A program made the position numbers and the translations under genes. The notes beneath the pieces are model-generated. The model was not told the DNA's origin and did no database searches. It worked only from the letters and a program-made list of their open reading frames with translations. A DNA stretch of 51,200 bases from Clostridia bacterium (lineage in GTDB: Bacteria; Bacillota; Clostridia; Christensenellales; DTU072): NCBI GenBank assembly GCA_028699795.1, contig JAQVTZ010000001.1:1-51200 (forward strand). Direction: 5' to 3'. Shown piece after piece: positions 42,260 through 50,218 of this stretch (position 1 is its first letter; each line of letters opens with the position of its first letter).

Positions 42260-43900
42260 TTGTCGTTTTGTGGCTATTTGAACCAGTTATACACGGGACG
42301 CGGAGGGTATGTCGCACACGGCACTATCTCTGTTGACGGCATGTATTCCGAACGGTTTATGGCGGCAAGCGACGTTTTTTCTCTGAGGGTTGATGAAACA
42401 AATAATGAATATATCTCCCTCAACACGTTTCTTTCTCCTTTGAAGCCCGACGGTTCGGGCGGTCGCAAAGTCAACAACCTCAAGCGGCTGAACGCGCTTT
42501 ATTTGGATATCGATTGCTATAAGCTCGGACTTTCGAAAGATGACGTTCTTTCTCGGCTCGAGCGCTTTTATTATGGCGAAAAAATTCCTCTGCCAACGTT
42601 CGTGATAGATTCGGGGCGCGGGCTGTATCTTATTTGGAGCATCAATGAGGACAGAAATGCCCTTCCCCGATGGTCTCGGGTACAGCAGTTTCTTTATGAA
42701 ACGTGTAAAGACCTCAATGCCGACCCTCAAGCCCTCGATGCCGCACGGATTCTGCGTGTTCCATCCTCGGTAAATCAAAAGAACGGCGTCAGCGTATCTG
42801 TTCTGCGGTTTAACGACGTGTCCTATACCCTTTACGGTATCATCAAAGACTACCCCGTTTCAGGGGTCGCTAAAAGGGATTCAAAGGCGTCTCGATACGG
42901 TCAGGCGACGGAGTGCCAGAGACGAACGGCAAAATGGATTTCTTCGCTCACAAACACGCCAATTCCCGACTTCTCTTCCTTTATGGAAACGTTTGAGTAT
43001 ATTTCCTTTCATCGACAGAAACTCCCTTCTCACTCTTCGCGGCGCGATTCGTCACTGCGGGGTGAGCGTCCTTCCCTACATAATATGCTTGAGGGGCGCT
43101 GTGATGACCTATTTCGGCTTTTTGCCTCGCGGCGTGGTGAAGATTGCTCGCGAGAGTATGCGCTCTTTTTGTGCCGTTTGTGGGCGTATGAGCGTACCCA
43201 TGACCGTGCATATGCAGAGACCATGATGCTGTCTCTTAATCGCTCCTTTGATGTACCCTTTTCGGTGAACTATGCGACTTCACGGACAATGAGCGCAGAG
43301 ACTATTATTGACCGCGGCGAGACATATAAATACTCGCTTGATAAAATATACGCCGTTCTGAGAATCCTGCCCGAAGAGGCGGACGGGTTGCTGTTTCTAA
43401 AAAAATCGAAGATGGATGCCGAGCATAAGAAAGAAAAAAACCGCAGGTATTATCTCGAGCAGTTACAGCGTGACGGACGGTTGACTGTCTCAGAGCAGAT
43501 GTTTAATCGCCGTCAATTTCTTTCGATGCTTATACGGCGGGGAATTCCCAAAAAAAAGATATGCTCGATTCTGGGCGTTTCAGAACGTACATACGATTCT
43601 GACTTCAAGCACATTCTAAAATCTCTTCCATTTAGGCGCACGAGCAACTTGTTCAGCGGGCTTGCTTCGCGCTTTTCGAACGCTTCACTTTTGGGTGCGC
43701 AATTTTTTCAGCCGCCCTATTATAAGAGTAACGCCAAAGGCGTTACCGCCTCCCCTCTTCTTTGTTTAACATACGGTAGTTTGGCTCGTTTTTCTAAGCT
43801 TAAATATCGATATGCTGTTTTTGATAATGAAACGCATATCCTACTCACCGTGAGGATGTTGGAAGGCAGAATTCGAATGCGAATAAACTTACTTATTTGA
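42260..43900 (+). CDS. Plasmid replication initiator, primase-polymerase (AEP)-like N-terminal domain plus C-terminal HTH
   Basis: LYLDIDC (DxD), VIDSGRGLYLIW and ARILRVPSSVNQK resemble prim-pol motifs. HTH RRGIPKKKICSILGVSERTY. TTG start 8 nt after AGGGGG; the start codon is uncertain. Confidence 0.6.
   Translation: MSFCGYLNQLYTGRGGYVAHGTISVDGMYSERFMAASDVFSLRVDETNNEYISLNTFLSPLKPDGSGGRKVNNLKRLNALYLDIDCYKLGLSKDDVLSRLERFYYGEKIPLPTFVIDSGRGLYLIWSINEDRNALPRWSRVQQFLYETCKDLNADPQALDAARILRVPSSVNQKNGVSVSVLRFNDVSYTLYGIIKDYPVSGVAKRDSKASRYGQATECQRRTAKWISSLTNTPIPDFSSFMETFEYISFHRQKLPSHSSRRDSSLRGERPSLHNMLEGRCDDLFRLFASRRGEDCSREYALFLCRLWAYERTHDRAYAETMMLSLNRSFDVPFSVNYATSRTMSAETIIDRGETYKYSLDKIYAVLRILPEEADGLLFLKKSKMDAEHKKEKNRRYYLEQLQRDGRLTVSEQMFNRRQFLSMLIRRGIPKKKICSILGVSERTYDSDFKHILKSLPFRRTSNLFSGLASRFSNASLLGAQFFQPPYYKSNAKGVTASPLLCLTYGSLARFSKLKYRYAVFDNETHILLTVRMLEGRIRMRINLLI
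43842..43856. promoter_or_regulatory. Near-perfect palindrome TACTCAC-C-GTGAGGA (site 9)
   Basis: One mismatch in the left arm. Lies in the 3' end of rep (translated LLTVRM), about 70 bp upstream of the parA promoter. Confidence 0.65.
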
Positions 43901-43924
43901 AGCAAAAATATTATTTGAAACAAC

Positions 43925-43953
43925 TTGACACGTTATGTACATTATGTTAATAT
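43925..43953 (+). promoter_or_regulatory. Sigma-A type promoter, ATGTAC-spacer family, with conserved leader (parAB)
   Basis: TTGACA, 17 nt (cgttATGTACattatgt), TAATAT. Leader AGAGTAAAGAAGA-GCTGTTT(taga)AACAGC-AGAAAGCGAGGA. Confidence 0.8.
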
Positions 43954-44006
43954 GAAAGAGTAAAGAAGAGCTGTTTTAGAAACAGCAGAAAGCGAGGATA
44001 TTTTTA

Positions 44007-44822
44007 ATGGCTACTAAGTTTTTGGCGTTTGTTAATGGAAAGGGCGGAGTAGGGAAAACGACCTCTGTTTTTCACGTTGCAGGCGTACTTTCTAAAAGGG
44101 GTGAGCGTGTTCTTGTTATCGATATGGATAAACAAAGAAACTCTACTCAGTCGTTTGTTTTGGAAAACAAGCCCTCTTACACCATTTACGATTTGATGAT
44201 ACCGTATCGCTTGAGTAACAATGTTCTGAACGAAATGCGCAAGAGTGGTGTTTCGTTTGAGGGCGCAGTTACAAAAACTCTTTTCAAGCACCACGGGAAT
44301 GCGAGTCCGCGATATTACGGCGTCGACATTATTTGTGGGGACATCCGCATGGATGACCAACGAGAGCTTGCTCTGGTTAAAAGCGACGAATTTGCAAATT
44401 GTATTCGAGGGGGTTCTTGCGAGTATGATTGGGTTATTGTTGATATGCCCCCTTCCAACAAAGAGGTTAATCGCATTACTTTTGCTTTTGTCGACCATGC
44501 CGTGATTCCGCTTACCACGGACGACACAGACTCCATTTCGGGTTACGGGGACATTGTAAAAGAGGTTGACGCGGCGAGGTCAGCAAATCCAACGTTAAGC
44601 GTTCTGGGCGTCTATTGTTCGCGTTATTCCCCTTCTTCTTTGAGCGATTATGTTCGGGGCGAAGTGGAGAAGTTTTCGACATTCATTCCCGTTGTTATCC
44701 CGAGGCTCGCGGTTATCCCAGAAGCTCGCGCCCTCAATCGTCCGCTCAGTTTTTATCACAAGGGAGAGGCTCTTGAAGCCTTTGAAAGTTTAGTAGATGA
44801 AATCACAAGGAGGATATCATAA
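44007..44822 (+). CDS. parA: ParA/Soj-family partition ATPase
   Basis: Deviant Walker A NGKGGVGKTT; VLVIDMDKQ. Confidence 0.92.
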   Translation: MATKFLAFVNGKGGVGKTTSVFHVAGVLSKRGERVLVIDMDKQRNSTQSFVLENKPSYTIYDLMIPYRLSNNVLNEMRKSGVSFEGAVTKTLFKHHGNASPRYYGVDIICGDIRMDDQRELALVKSDEFANCIRGGSCEYDWVIVDMPPSNKEVNRITFAFVDHAVIPLTTDDTDSISGYGDIVKEVDAARSANPTLSVLGVYCSRYSPSSLSDYVRGEVEKFSTFIPVVIPRLAVIPEARALNRPLSFYHKGEALEAFESLVDEITRRIS

Positions 44823-45940
44823 TGGCTAAGAATTTTAAGAACACGGAAAGCGCAAAAACGATTCAGGACGCTCTTCAAACGTCTGAGACGTTGGCACAGG
44901 TTGTTACGCTCAAGATGGTCAAAACGGACGATTTGGTCGACTATCAGCATAACCACGAGGATATTACGGATACCGCAGACCTCGAGAATTCCATTCGCGA
45001 GATTGGCTTTACTGACCCGATAGAGGTTACGTCGTTTGGTGCTGAGGAAGGCAAGTATACCATCGTCAGCGGACATCGCAGACGTGCGGCGGGCGTCAAG
45101 TGCGGCATTAAGGTTTTCCCTTGTGTCGTTAAGAATTTCAGCTCGGCAAATGACGTTTCCAATTATGTCCTACTCGCGAACAGCCAGAGAGACTCCGCAA
45201 AAGACCCTCTCTTGTTTTCCAAGCGATATCTGATGCACGAACAATACCTAAAAGACGCCAATTTTGAGGGCAACGTCCGCGAAGAAATTGCTCGTCGTCT
45301 TGGAATATCCGTACAGCAAGCCGACCGTTATGCGGCGATGAACAAGGTTATTGAACCTGTTGCTGAAATGGTGCGCGAAGATATGGTTGGGATGTCAAGC
45401 GTGATTCCGCTTGCAAGCCATACCCCCGAAGAACAGGCAGAAATTCTGTCAATCATGAGCGGTTGCGACGAGTCTTTGACCCGCGACACCGTTAAGAATA
45501 TTGTCGACGGTTACAGGGACGGAAAACGGGCATGGAGCGAGTTTGAGGTCGGCAAGAACGTCGTTTCTGATGCCGTCCTCTCTCCGTCAGATTTATCCGA
45601 TGACCTAAAGGACGATTCGGACTTTTCAGAAGACGATGAAGGCGAGAAGCCAAAAGCTCGGGAGAGAGTTGTTCCTGCTTCTTCTCTCGAATCAATGAAG
45701 GAAGAAAAGTCGCCCGAAGAGAAAAACGGAGCGGATGTGCTTCGCTATCTCGAAAAACTTAATTCGTGCTTTCTCAATCCTTATTTTTACGAAGACGTAT
45801 CCGAGGCGGAAGACGTGATACGGACGATGGGAGCAACCGTTAAGGTTTTGCTTGATGAAATTTCAGAGATTTCGCGCCAGTATGACAAGGAAAAGGTTTA
45901 CGAGGCGGTTTTGCGCGACATAAAGAAAAAGTTAAAGTAA
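44822..45940 (+). CDS. parB: ParB/KorB-family protein (372 aa)
   Basis: TAATG overlap with parA. ParB N-terminal box IVSGHRRRAAG. HTH region EEIARRLGISVQQADRY. Acidic linker. Confidence 0.88.
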   Translation: MAKNFKNTESAKTIQDALQTSETLAQVVTLKMVKTDDLVDYQHNHEDITDTADLENSIREIGFTDPIEVTSFGAEEGKYTIVSGHRRRAAGVKCGIKVFPCVVKNFSSANDVSNYVLLANSQRDSAKDPLLFSKRYLMHEQYLKDANFEGNVREEIARRLGISVQQADRYAAMNKVIEPVAEMVREDMVGMSSVIPLASHTPEEQAEILSIMSGCDESLTRDTVKNIVDGYRDGKRAWSEFEVGKNVVSDAVLSPSDLSDDLKDDSDFSEDDEGEKPKARERVVPASSLESMKEEKSPEEKNGADVLRYLEKLNSCFLNPYFYEDVSEAEDVIRTMGATVKVLLDEISEISRQYDKEKVYEAVLRDIKKKLK

Positions 45941-45974
45941 TGCGACATGAAGCGGGAGCTTGTAAGGGGGCATA

Positions 45975-46496
45975 ATGAAAAGAATACTGTTTTTAGTTGG
46001 ATTGTGTCTTTTGCTTTCGGGGTGCGTGACGGAGAATTTAGTGAGGTCAGCGGCGGCGACGTCCCGTGAGGAAGCTCCCGTTTTATGTGGTCGCTATGAA
46101 GTCGTTCGTGTTTCGGATGGCGACACGATAGTTGTACAGGTTGACGGAGAAGAAGTATCCGTGCGGCTAATCGGGGTTGATGCCCCCGAAAGCGTTCATT
46201 TTGATGATTCGAAAAACACGCCCGAGGGATTGGTCGCTTCACAATGGACATGCGATTTGTTGGATGATGCTTTTGTTTATTTGGAGTACGATGTCGAGAA
46301 AACGGACAAATATGGGAGAACGCTTGCTTACGTTTATTTAGACGACGGGGTTACGATGGTCGAGCGCAGTATGTTGGCAGACGGTATGGCGCAAGTTATG
46401 ACCATTCAGCCCAATAGCAGGTACGCAGACGAGTTTGTTGAAATTCAAAAAAACGCCCGCGAGAATGAGGCGGGTTTTTGGGGAGATTCTAAATGA
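45975..46496 (+). CDS. Thermonuclease (staphylococcal-nuclease fold) lipoprotein
   Basis: Lipobox LLLSGC. SDGDTIVV..VRLIGVDAPE..DKYGRTLAYVY. Confidence 0.88.
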   Translation: MKRILFLVGLCLLLSGCVTENLVRSAAATSREEAPVLCGRYEVVRVSDGDTIVVQVDGEEVSVRLIGVDAPESVHFDDSKNTPEGLVASQWTCDLLDDAFVYLEYDVEKTDKYGRTLAYVYLDDGVTMVERSMLADGMAQVMTIQPNSRYADEFVEIQKNARENEAGFWGDSK

Positions 46497-47026
46497 ATAA
46501 TGAAAGCAACGGGATTGGAAACAATTATGATGACCTACTCAAAGAGCGCTTGACGATGGTTAGAGACTGGAAACTATTAAACGGCGAGACGTTGGGGTAC
46601 AGTCGTTTGGGGCTGAAATATTTTGGGTCAGAGGATTTGGTTTTGCAAGCAGGACGTCGTTTTTATCCGCGTCCATTGCCCGCAGAAACAAAGAAAATGA
46701 AGGGGCGAGAGTGTTACAAAAACGCACTACTTTACGCGAGCAAAAACAACCTGCTCTACTGCGAAGGTTTCGCTTATGCTCGCGAAACGGGGTCGGCGCT
46801 TGAAATTCCTCATGCGTGGGCGGTTGATAAAAAAGGATATGTAATTGACCCTACGTGGGGAGAGGGTCTTGCTTATTTCGGGATTGCTTTTTCGCTTGAC
46901 TACGTGCTTAAAATTACGTTAAGAGATGAACACTACGGGATGATTCCCGACGTGCCTAGAGGACGGCACAACCCTTTTCTAAACGGATATCCGTCGGGTG
47001 CTATTTTTACGGCTTTTGAGGAATAA
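46493..47026 (+). CDS. Putative transglutaminase/papain-like cysteine peptidase-fold protein (177 aa)
   Basis: ATGA overlap with the nuclease gene. GRECYKNA (Cys), PHAWAVD (His) and YVIDPTW (Asp) have transglutaminase-core-like order and spacing. Confidence 0.6.
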   Translation: MNNESNGIGNNYDDLLKERLTMVRDWKLLNGETLGYSRLGLKYFGSEDLVLQAGRRFYPRPLPAETKKMKGRECYKNALLYASKNNLLYCEGFAYARETGSALEIPHAWAVDKKGYVIDPTWGEGLAYFGIAFSLDYVLKITLRDEHYGMIPDVPRGRHNPFLNGYPSGAIFTAFEE

Positions 47027-47061
47027 TTATTGAATCCTCGTTACTTTGCTATCGATTCTGA

Positions 47062-47086
47062 CAGCGGGCTCTCCCCGCTGTTTTTT
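47062..47086 (+). terminator. Intrinsic terminator (opening part of repeat D)
   Basis: CAGCGGG-ctctc-CCCGCTG followed by T6. Confidence 0.85.
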
Positions 47087-47473
47087 ATGCCCGTTTTCCC
47101 GCCCCGCGTCGTTCCTCCTCCGCCAGACCCGAAAGCCGTTATACGGGCAAGGGGGCGCAGAGCACCCCATGAAAGAAAGCTCAACGGCGTTGCCGTTGAG
47201 CTCGTGGCACGCTTGCCTTCTTCGAAGGGATTTGCCTTCGGACGGACATCGGAACGCACAAGAGCTTTCGCGACATAAACCGCTACGCTTTTTATTTCAC
47301 GGTCTCTTGCACTTTCCTTTCATGCGGGCTTTTTCGGCTTTGCCGAAACCGACGCTGATTTTCCAAAGCAGGGTTCGGTTTCGCCTTATTAAGCCTATCC
47401 CGCATTGTCCGCCTCGGCGTTCTTTCGCGGGGCTACGCGCCCCGCTATCCCCCGACCTCGCCAACGCTGATTT

Positions 47474-47488
47474 TCCTCACCGTGAGGA
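47474..47488. promoter_or_regulatory. 15-bp palindrome TCCTCAC-C-GTGAGGA (site 10)
   Basis: Perfect copy in repeat D, about 55 bp upstream of the -35 at 47542. Confidence 0.8.
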
Positions 47489-47541
47489 CGGGTTTTCGCG
47501 TTTCTTTTTTCGGGGAATGGTTTGTTTTTTGTCGAATGCGC

Positions 47542-47570
47542 TTGACAACGTATGTACAGAGTGTTATAAT
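47542..47570 (+). promoter_or_regulatory. Sigma-A type promoter, ATGTAC-spacer family, with short conserved leader
   Basis: TTGACA, 17 nt (acgtATGTACagagtgt), TATAAT. Leader AGAGTAAAGAAGTGAAAGCGGGGG. Confidence 0.8.
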
Positions 47571-47605
47571 CATAGAGTAAAGAAGTGAAAGCGGGGGTAT
47601 TGTTT

Positions 47606-48526
47606 ATGGGGTTGGACGCGGTTCGAAATCTTCCGATTACGGATTATGCGCAAAAGTGCGGATATACTCTTGTTCACAAGGGAGCGAGATATGTTTCCCT
47701 TAAAGAACATGATTCCGTGATGATTGATGTTCAGTTAAATCGTTTTTGGAGAAATTCGGTTTGCGGTAATGGGTCTTCTCGCGGGCATGGGTCAATAATC
47801 GATTTTGCAATGGAGTTTTGCGGGTATGACCTCTCTCAAGCCATTTCTGAGCTTTCAAGGACATATGGGGTTGATTCTGAGCGCCCCGCCCCCGTGGTTG
47901 TATCGAAGCCCGTTTTGGTGTCGCCAAAGCGCGAGGTCGGAGACATTAAGTTTCCGAGGCGGGCTAAAAAGAATGTGGCGGCGTTTCAATACCTTCGAGG
48001 GCGCGGGGTTTCCGATTCCGTTATCCGTTATTTTGTGGGTTCGGACATGCTTTATCAGGACGAAAACGATAATTGCGTGTTTGTGTCTCCGAGCAGACGG
48101 TTTGCGTGTTTGCGCGGCACGTCCGAAAAGCGGTTTATGCTTGATATTGTCGGTTGTGATTATGGCGAGTGTTTTTTCTTGAAGGGCAATCCGAATCCGT
48201 CAGGGTTGCGGCTTTACGTTACAGAGTCAGTCATTGACCTTATGTCTCTTGTGTCGCACATGGAGGCGACCGACAAAGCGGTTTGGAACTACTCGTATTT
48301 GGCTTTGTCGGGTACGAATAAAATCGATTGTTTGTTCCGTTGGGTTGACGAGTTAAGCGCTCAAGCGCCCCTCACCGTTTATTTGGCGCTTGATAATGAC
48401 CCCGCGGGAATTGCGGCTTGCGAGGCGGCGGAGACAAGGCTTGATGAACGCGAGTCCGTTTGTTGTGAGCGGATGCTTCCCCCGAGCGGCAAAGACTGGA
48501 ACGAACATATAAAAAGCCATTTATAG
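47606..48526 (+). CDS. Toprim-domain protein (DUF3991/primase-like N-terminus + Toprim)
   Basis: Start at ATG 47606, in frame within the track ORF. C-terminal LYVTESVIDLMSL .. VYLALDNDPAGIAACE (Toprim E and DxD). Confidence 0.75.
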   Translation: MGLDAVRNLPITDYAQKCGYTLVHKGARYVSLKEHDSVMIDVQLNRFWRNSVCGNGSSRGHGSIIDFAMEFCGYDLSQAISELSRTYGVDSERPAPVVVSKPVLVSPKREVGDIKFPRRAKKNVAAFQYLRGRGVSDSVIRYFVGSDMLYQDENDNCVFVSPSRRFACLRGTSEKRFMLDIVGCDYGECFFLKGNPNPSGLRLYVTESVIDLMSLVSHMEATDKAVWNYSYLALSGTNKIDCLFRWVDELSAQAPLTVYLALDNDPAGIAACEAAETRLDERESVCCERMLPPSGKDWNEHIKSHL

Positions 48527-48536
48527 ATAGAAAGGC

Positions 48537-48565
48537 TTGACATCATATGTACGGAGTGTTATAAT
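48537..48565 (+). promoter_or_regulatory. Sigma-A type promoter, ATGTAC-spacer family, with conserved leader
   Basis: TTGACA, 17 nt (tcatATGTACggagtgt), TATAAT. Leader AGGGTAAAGAGAAGTC-GCC(gcaa)GGC-ATGGAGAAAGCAGAGG. Confidence 0.8.
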
Positions 48566-48617
48566 GTAAGGGTAAAGAGAAGTCGCCGCAAGGCATGGAG
48601 AAAGCAGAGGTTTCATC

Positions 48618-48896
48618 ATGGAAGCTAAGAAATTGAATGGAAATGAGTTGGCGAAAGCGGTTGCGCTTTCCGTTAATTCGTATAATTTTGACACAAATGG
48701 TTTTGTCGAGACAATGAGCAGAGAGCACCGCACCCTTCAACAGAGTTTGACGAGATTGTGCATGGCATGGCTCTATAACTGTTCGCGTGACGATTACGAG
48801 GTTGATGGTCGCAATCAGGCTTCTCATGACATCGCGAAGTTTATATACGATAAAGCCGCGGAAGAAGACAAGTCTCTTTGGCTTCCGCTTGTATAG
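48618..48896 (+). CDS. Hypothetical protein (92 aa)
   Basis: ORF track, with the conserved leader/SD upstream. No motif recognised. Confidence 0.65.
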   Translation: MEAKKLNGNELAKAVALSVNSYNFDTNGFVETMSREHRTLQQSLTRLCMAWLYNCSRDDYEVDGRNQASHDIAKFIYDKAAEEDKSLWLPLV

Positions 48897-48906
48897 GGGG
48901 TCGGAT

Positions 48907-49197
48907 ATGGAAAAGAACAATGGTTATGCCGATACCGTCCTTATTGCCAACATTGTCGACCGTGCTTACGATTTGTTTCGGAAGTTGGACATGAGCGATT
49001 TTTCCAAGCGAGAAAAGATTTTTTTGATGATGGATATTGACCATGCTCACAAGCAAATTGAGCTCGACCTTGTTGCGTTTTATGAGGCGGACGATGATAA
49101 TTTCATGCACGATATTATGGGCATCGTTGGTCACATGAATCGGAGCACGAAACAATTTGAGGGTGACTTTGTTCCGCGCTTTGCGCTTCAGGGATAG
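48907..49197 (+). CDS. Hypothetical protein (96 aa)
   Basis: ATG 48907 behind GGGGG, in frame within track ORF 48787-49197, whose 5' part overlaps the previous gene. No motif recognised. Confidence 0.6.
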   Translation: MEKNNGYADTVLIANIVDRAYDLFRKLDMSDFSKREKIFLMMDIDHAHKQIELDLVAFYEADDDNFMHDIMGIVGHMNRSTKQFEGDFVPRFALQG

Positions 49198-49214
49198 GCG
49201 CGAGGAGGGTTTTC

Positions 49215-49622
49215 ATGTGCGTTGATTATATGTTGTATGTCTACCTTCGCACGGAACGCGACTTGTGGACGGTTGGGTTTTATCGGAACGACACGTTTGT
49301 TTCTGAGAGCGACCACTCTTCCCCCGATGCGGCGGCGGAGCGTGTTGCATGGCTTAACGGAGCTCGTTTCCGCGCAGAGGATTATGCGGCAAAGGATAAA
49401 TCCATAAGCGCTGATGTTGTGCCGCTCGGACTCGCCGAAGCCGCTATCGCTCTGAGAGAGGGTAAGAAAATCCGCATGGTGAATTGGAAAAAGACGGACT
49501 ATATTCGATATGACCGTTCTCGCAAGTGTTTTGTGGACGCGGGCGGAAACGCGCTTCCTCTTTTTGTTGTTAATGCGAGCGCCGTCGAAAACGACCGAGC
49601 ATTTATTCTTTGCGACGAATAG
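49215..49622 (+). CDS. Hypothetical two-domain protein (135 aa); C-terminal half possibly DUF2829-like
   Basis: GAGGAGGG RBS. The C-terminal LAEAAIALREGKKIRMVNWKKTDYIRYD weakly resembles the DUF2829 opening (..A..AL..GKK..R.GW..). From memory, unverified. Confidence 0.6.
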   Translation: MCVDYMLYVYLRTERDLWTVGFYRNDTFVSESDHSSPDAAAERVAWLNGARFRAEDYAAKDKSISADVVPLGLAEAAIALREGKKIRMVNWKKTDYIRYDRSRKCFVDAGGNALPLFVVNASAVENDRAFILCDE

Positions 49623-49637
49623 CATGCCGATGTGGAA

Positions 49638-49784
49638 ATGCTGAGCGCGCGAGTGACCGATGCCAAACACAGGCTTATTGAGGTTGCGGACGGAATAGAA
49701 AATAGAGGGTACGTTCGGGAGGCTAAATCGCTTAACCGCCTTTGCGGGTTAATTGAGATTTGGCAACAAAAGGCGAGGTTCTGA
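49638..49784 (+). CDS. Possible small ORF (48 aa, below track cutoff)
   Basis: My own translation: MLSARVTDAKHRLIEVADGIENRGYVREAKSLNRLCGLIEIWQQKARF. No convincing RBS. Fills the gap before terminator 49807. Confidence 0.3.
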   Translation: MLSARVTDAKHRLIEVADGIENRGYVREAKSLNRLCGLIEIWQQKARF

Positions 49785-49806
49785 TTTATTTTGATTCCGT
49801 TTCCGA

Positions 49807-49831
49807 CAGCGGGTTCTCCCCGCTGTTTTTT
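49807..49831 (+). terminator. Intrinsic terminator (opening part of repeat E)
   Basis: CAGCGGG-ttctc-CCCGCTG followed by T6. Confidence 0.85.
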
Positions 49832-50218
49832 ATGCCCGTTTTCCCACCCCGCGTCGTACCTCCTCCGCCAGACCCGAAAGCCGTTATACGGGCAAGGGGG
49901 CGCAGAGCACCCCATGAAATAAAGAACAACGGCGTTGCCGTTGAGCCCGTGGCACTCTTGCCTTCTTCGAAGGGTTTTGCCTTCGGACGGACATCGGAAC
50001 GCACAAGAGCTTTCGCGACATAAACCGCTACGCTTTTTATTTCACGGTCTCTTGCACTTTCCTTTCATGCGGGCGTTATCGGCTTCGCCGAAACCGACGC
50101 TGATTTTTCAAATCAGGGTTCGGTTTCGCCTTATTAAGCCTATCCCGCATTGTCCGCCTCGGCGTTCTTTCGCGGGGCTACGCGCCCCGCTATCCCCCGA
50201 CCTCGCCAACGCTGATTT

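Larger units (their letters stand above)
47058..47541 (+). repeat. Dispersed structured repeat, copy D (full length)
   Basis: Opens with terminator 47062-47086. Same core as copies C, E and F. The 3' tail matches copy A (GGGTTTTCGCGTTTCTTTTTTCGGGGAATGG..). Confidence 0.9.

Noticed and set aside
47046-47588. Long ORFs drawn through the dispersed repeats on both strands: 47046-47588 (180 aa), 39346-39735, 49935-50267, 33067-33318, 47030-47278, 49760-50023, 50771-51010, and minus-strand 47041-47259, 49786-50004 and 50767-50991.
   Set aside because: - They have no RBS; the internal ATG follows a terminator T-run.
- Differences between copies are second-position or frame-shifting (G8 versus G9) rather than synonymous.
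- Both strands stay open because of GC-richness.
- The substitutions fit hairpins better than proteins.
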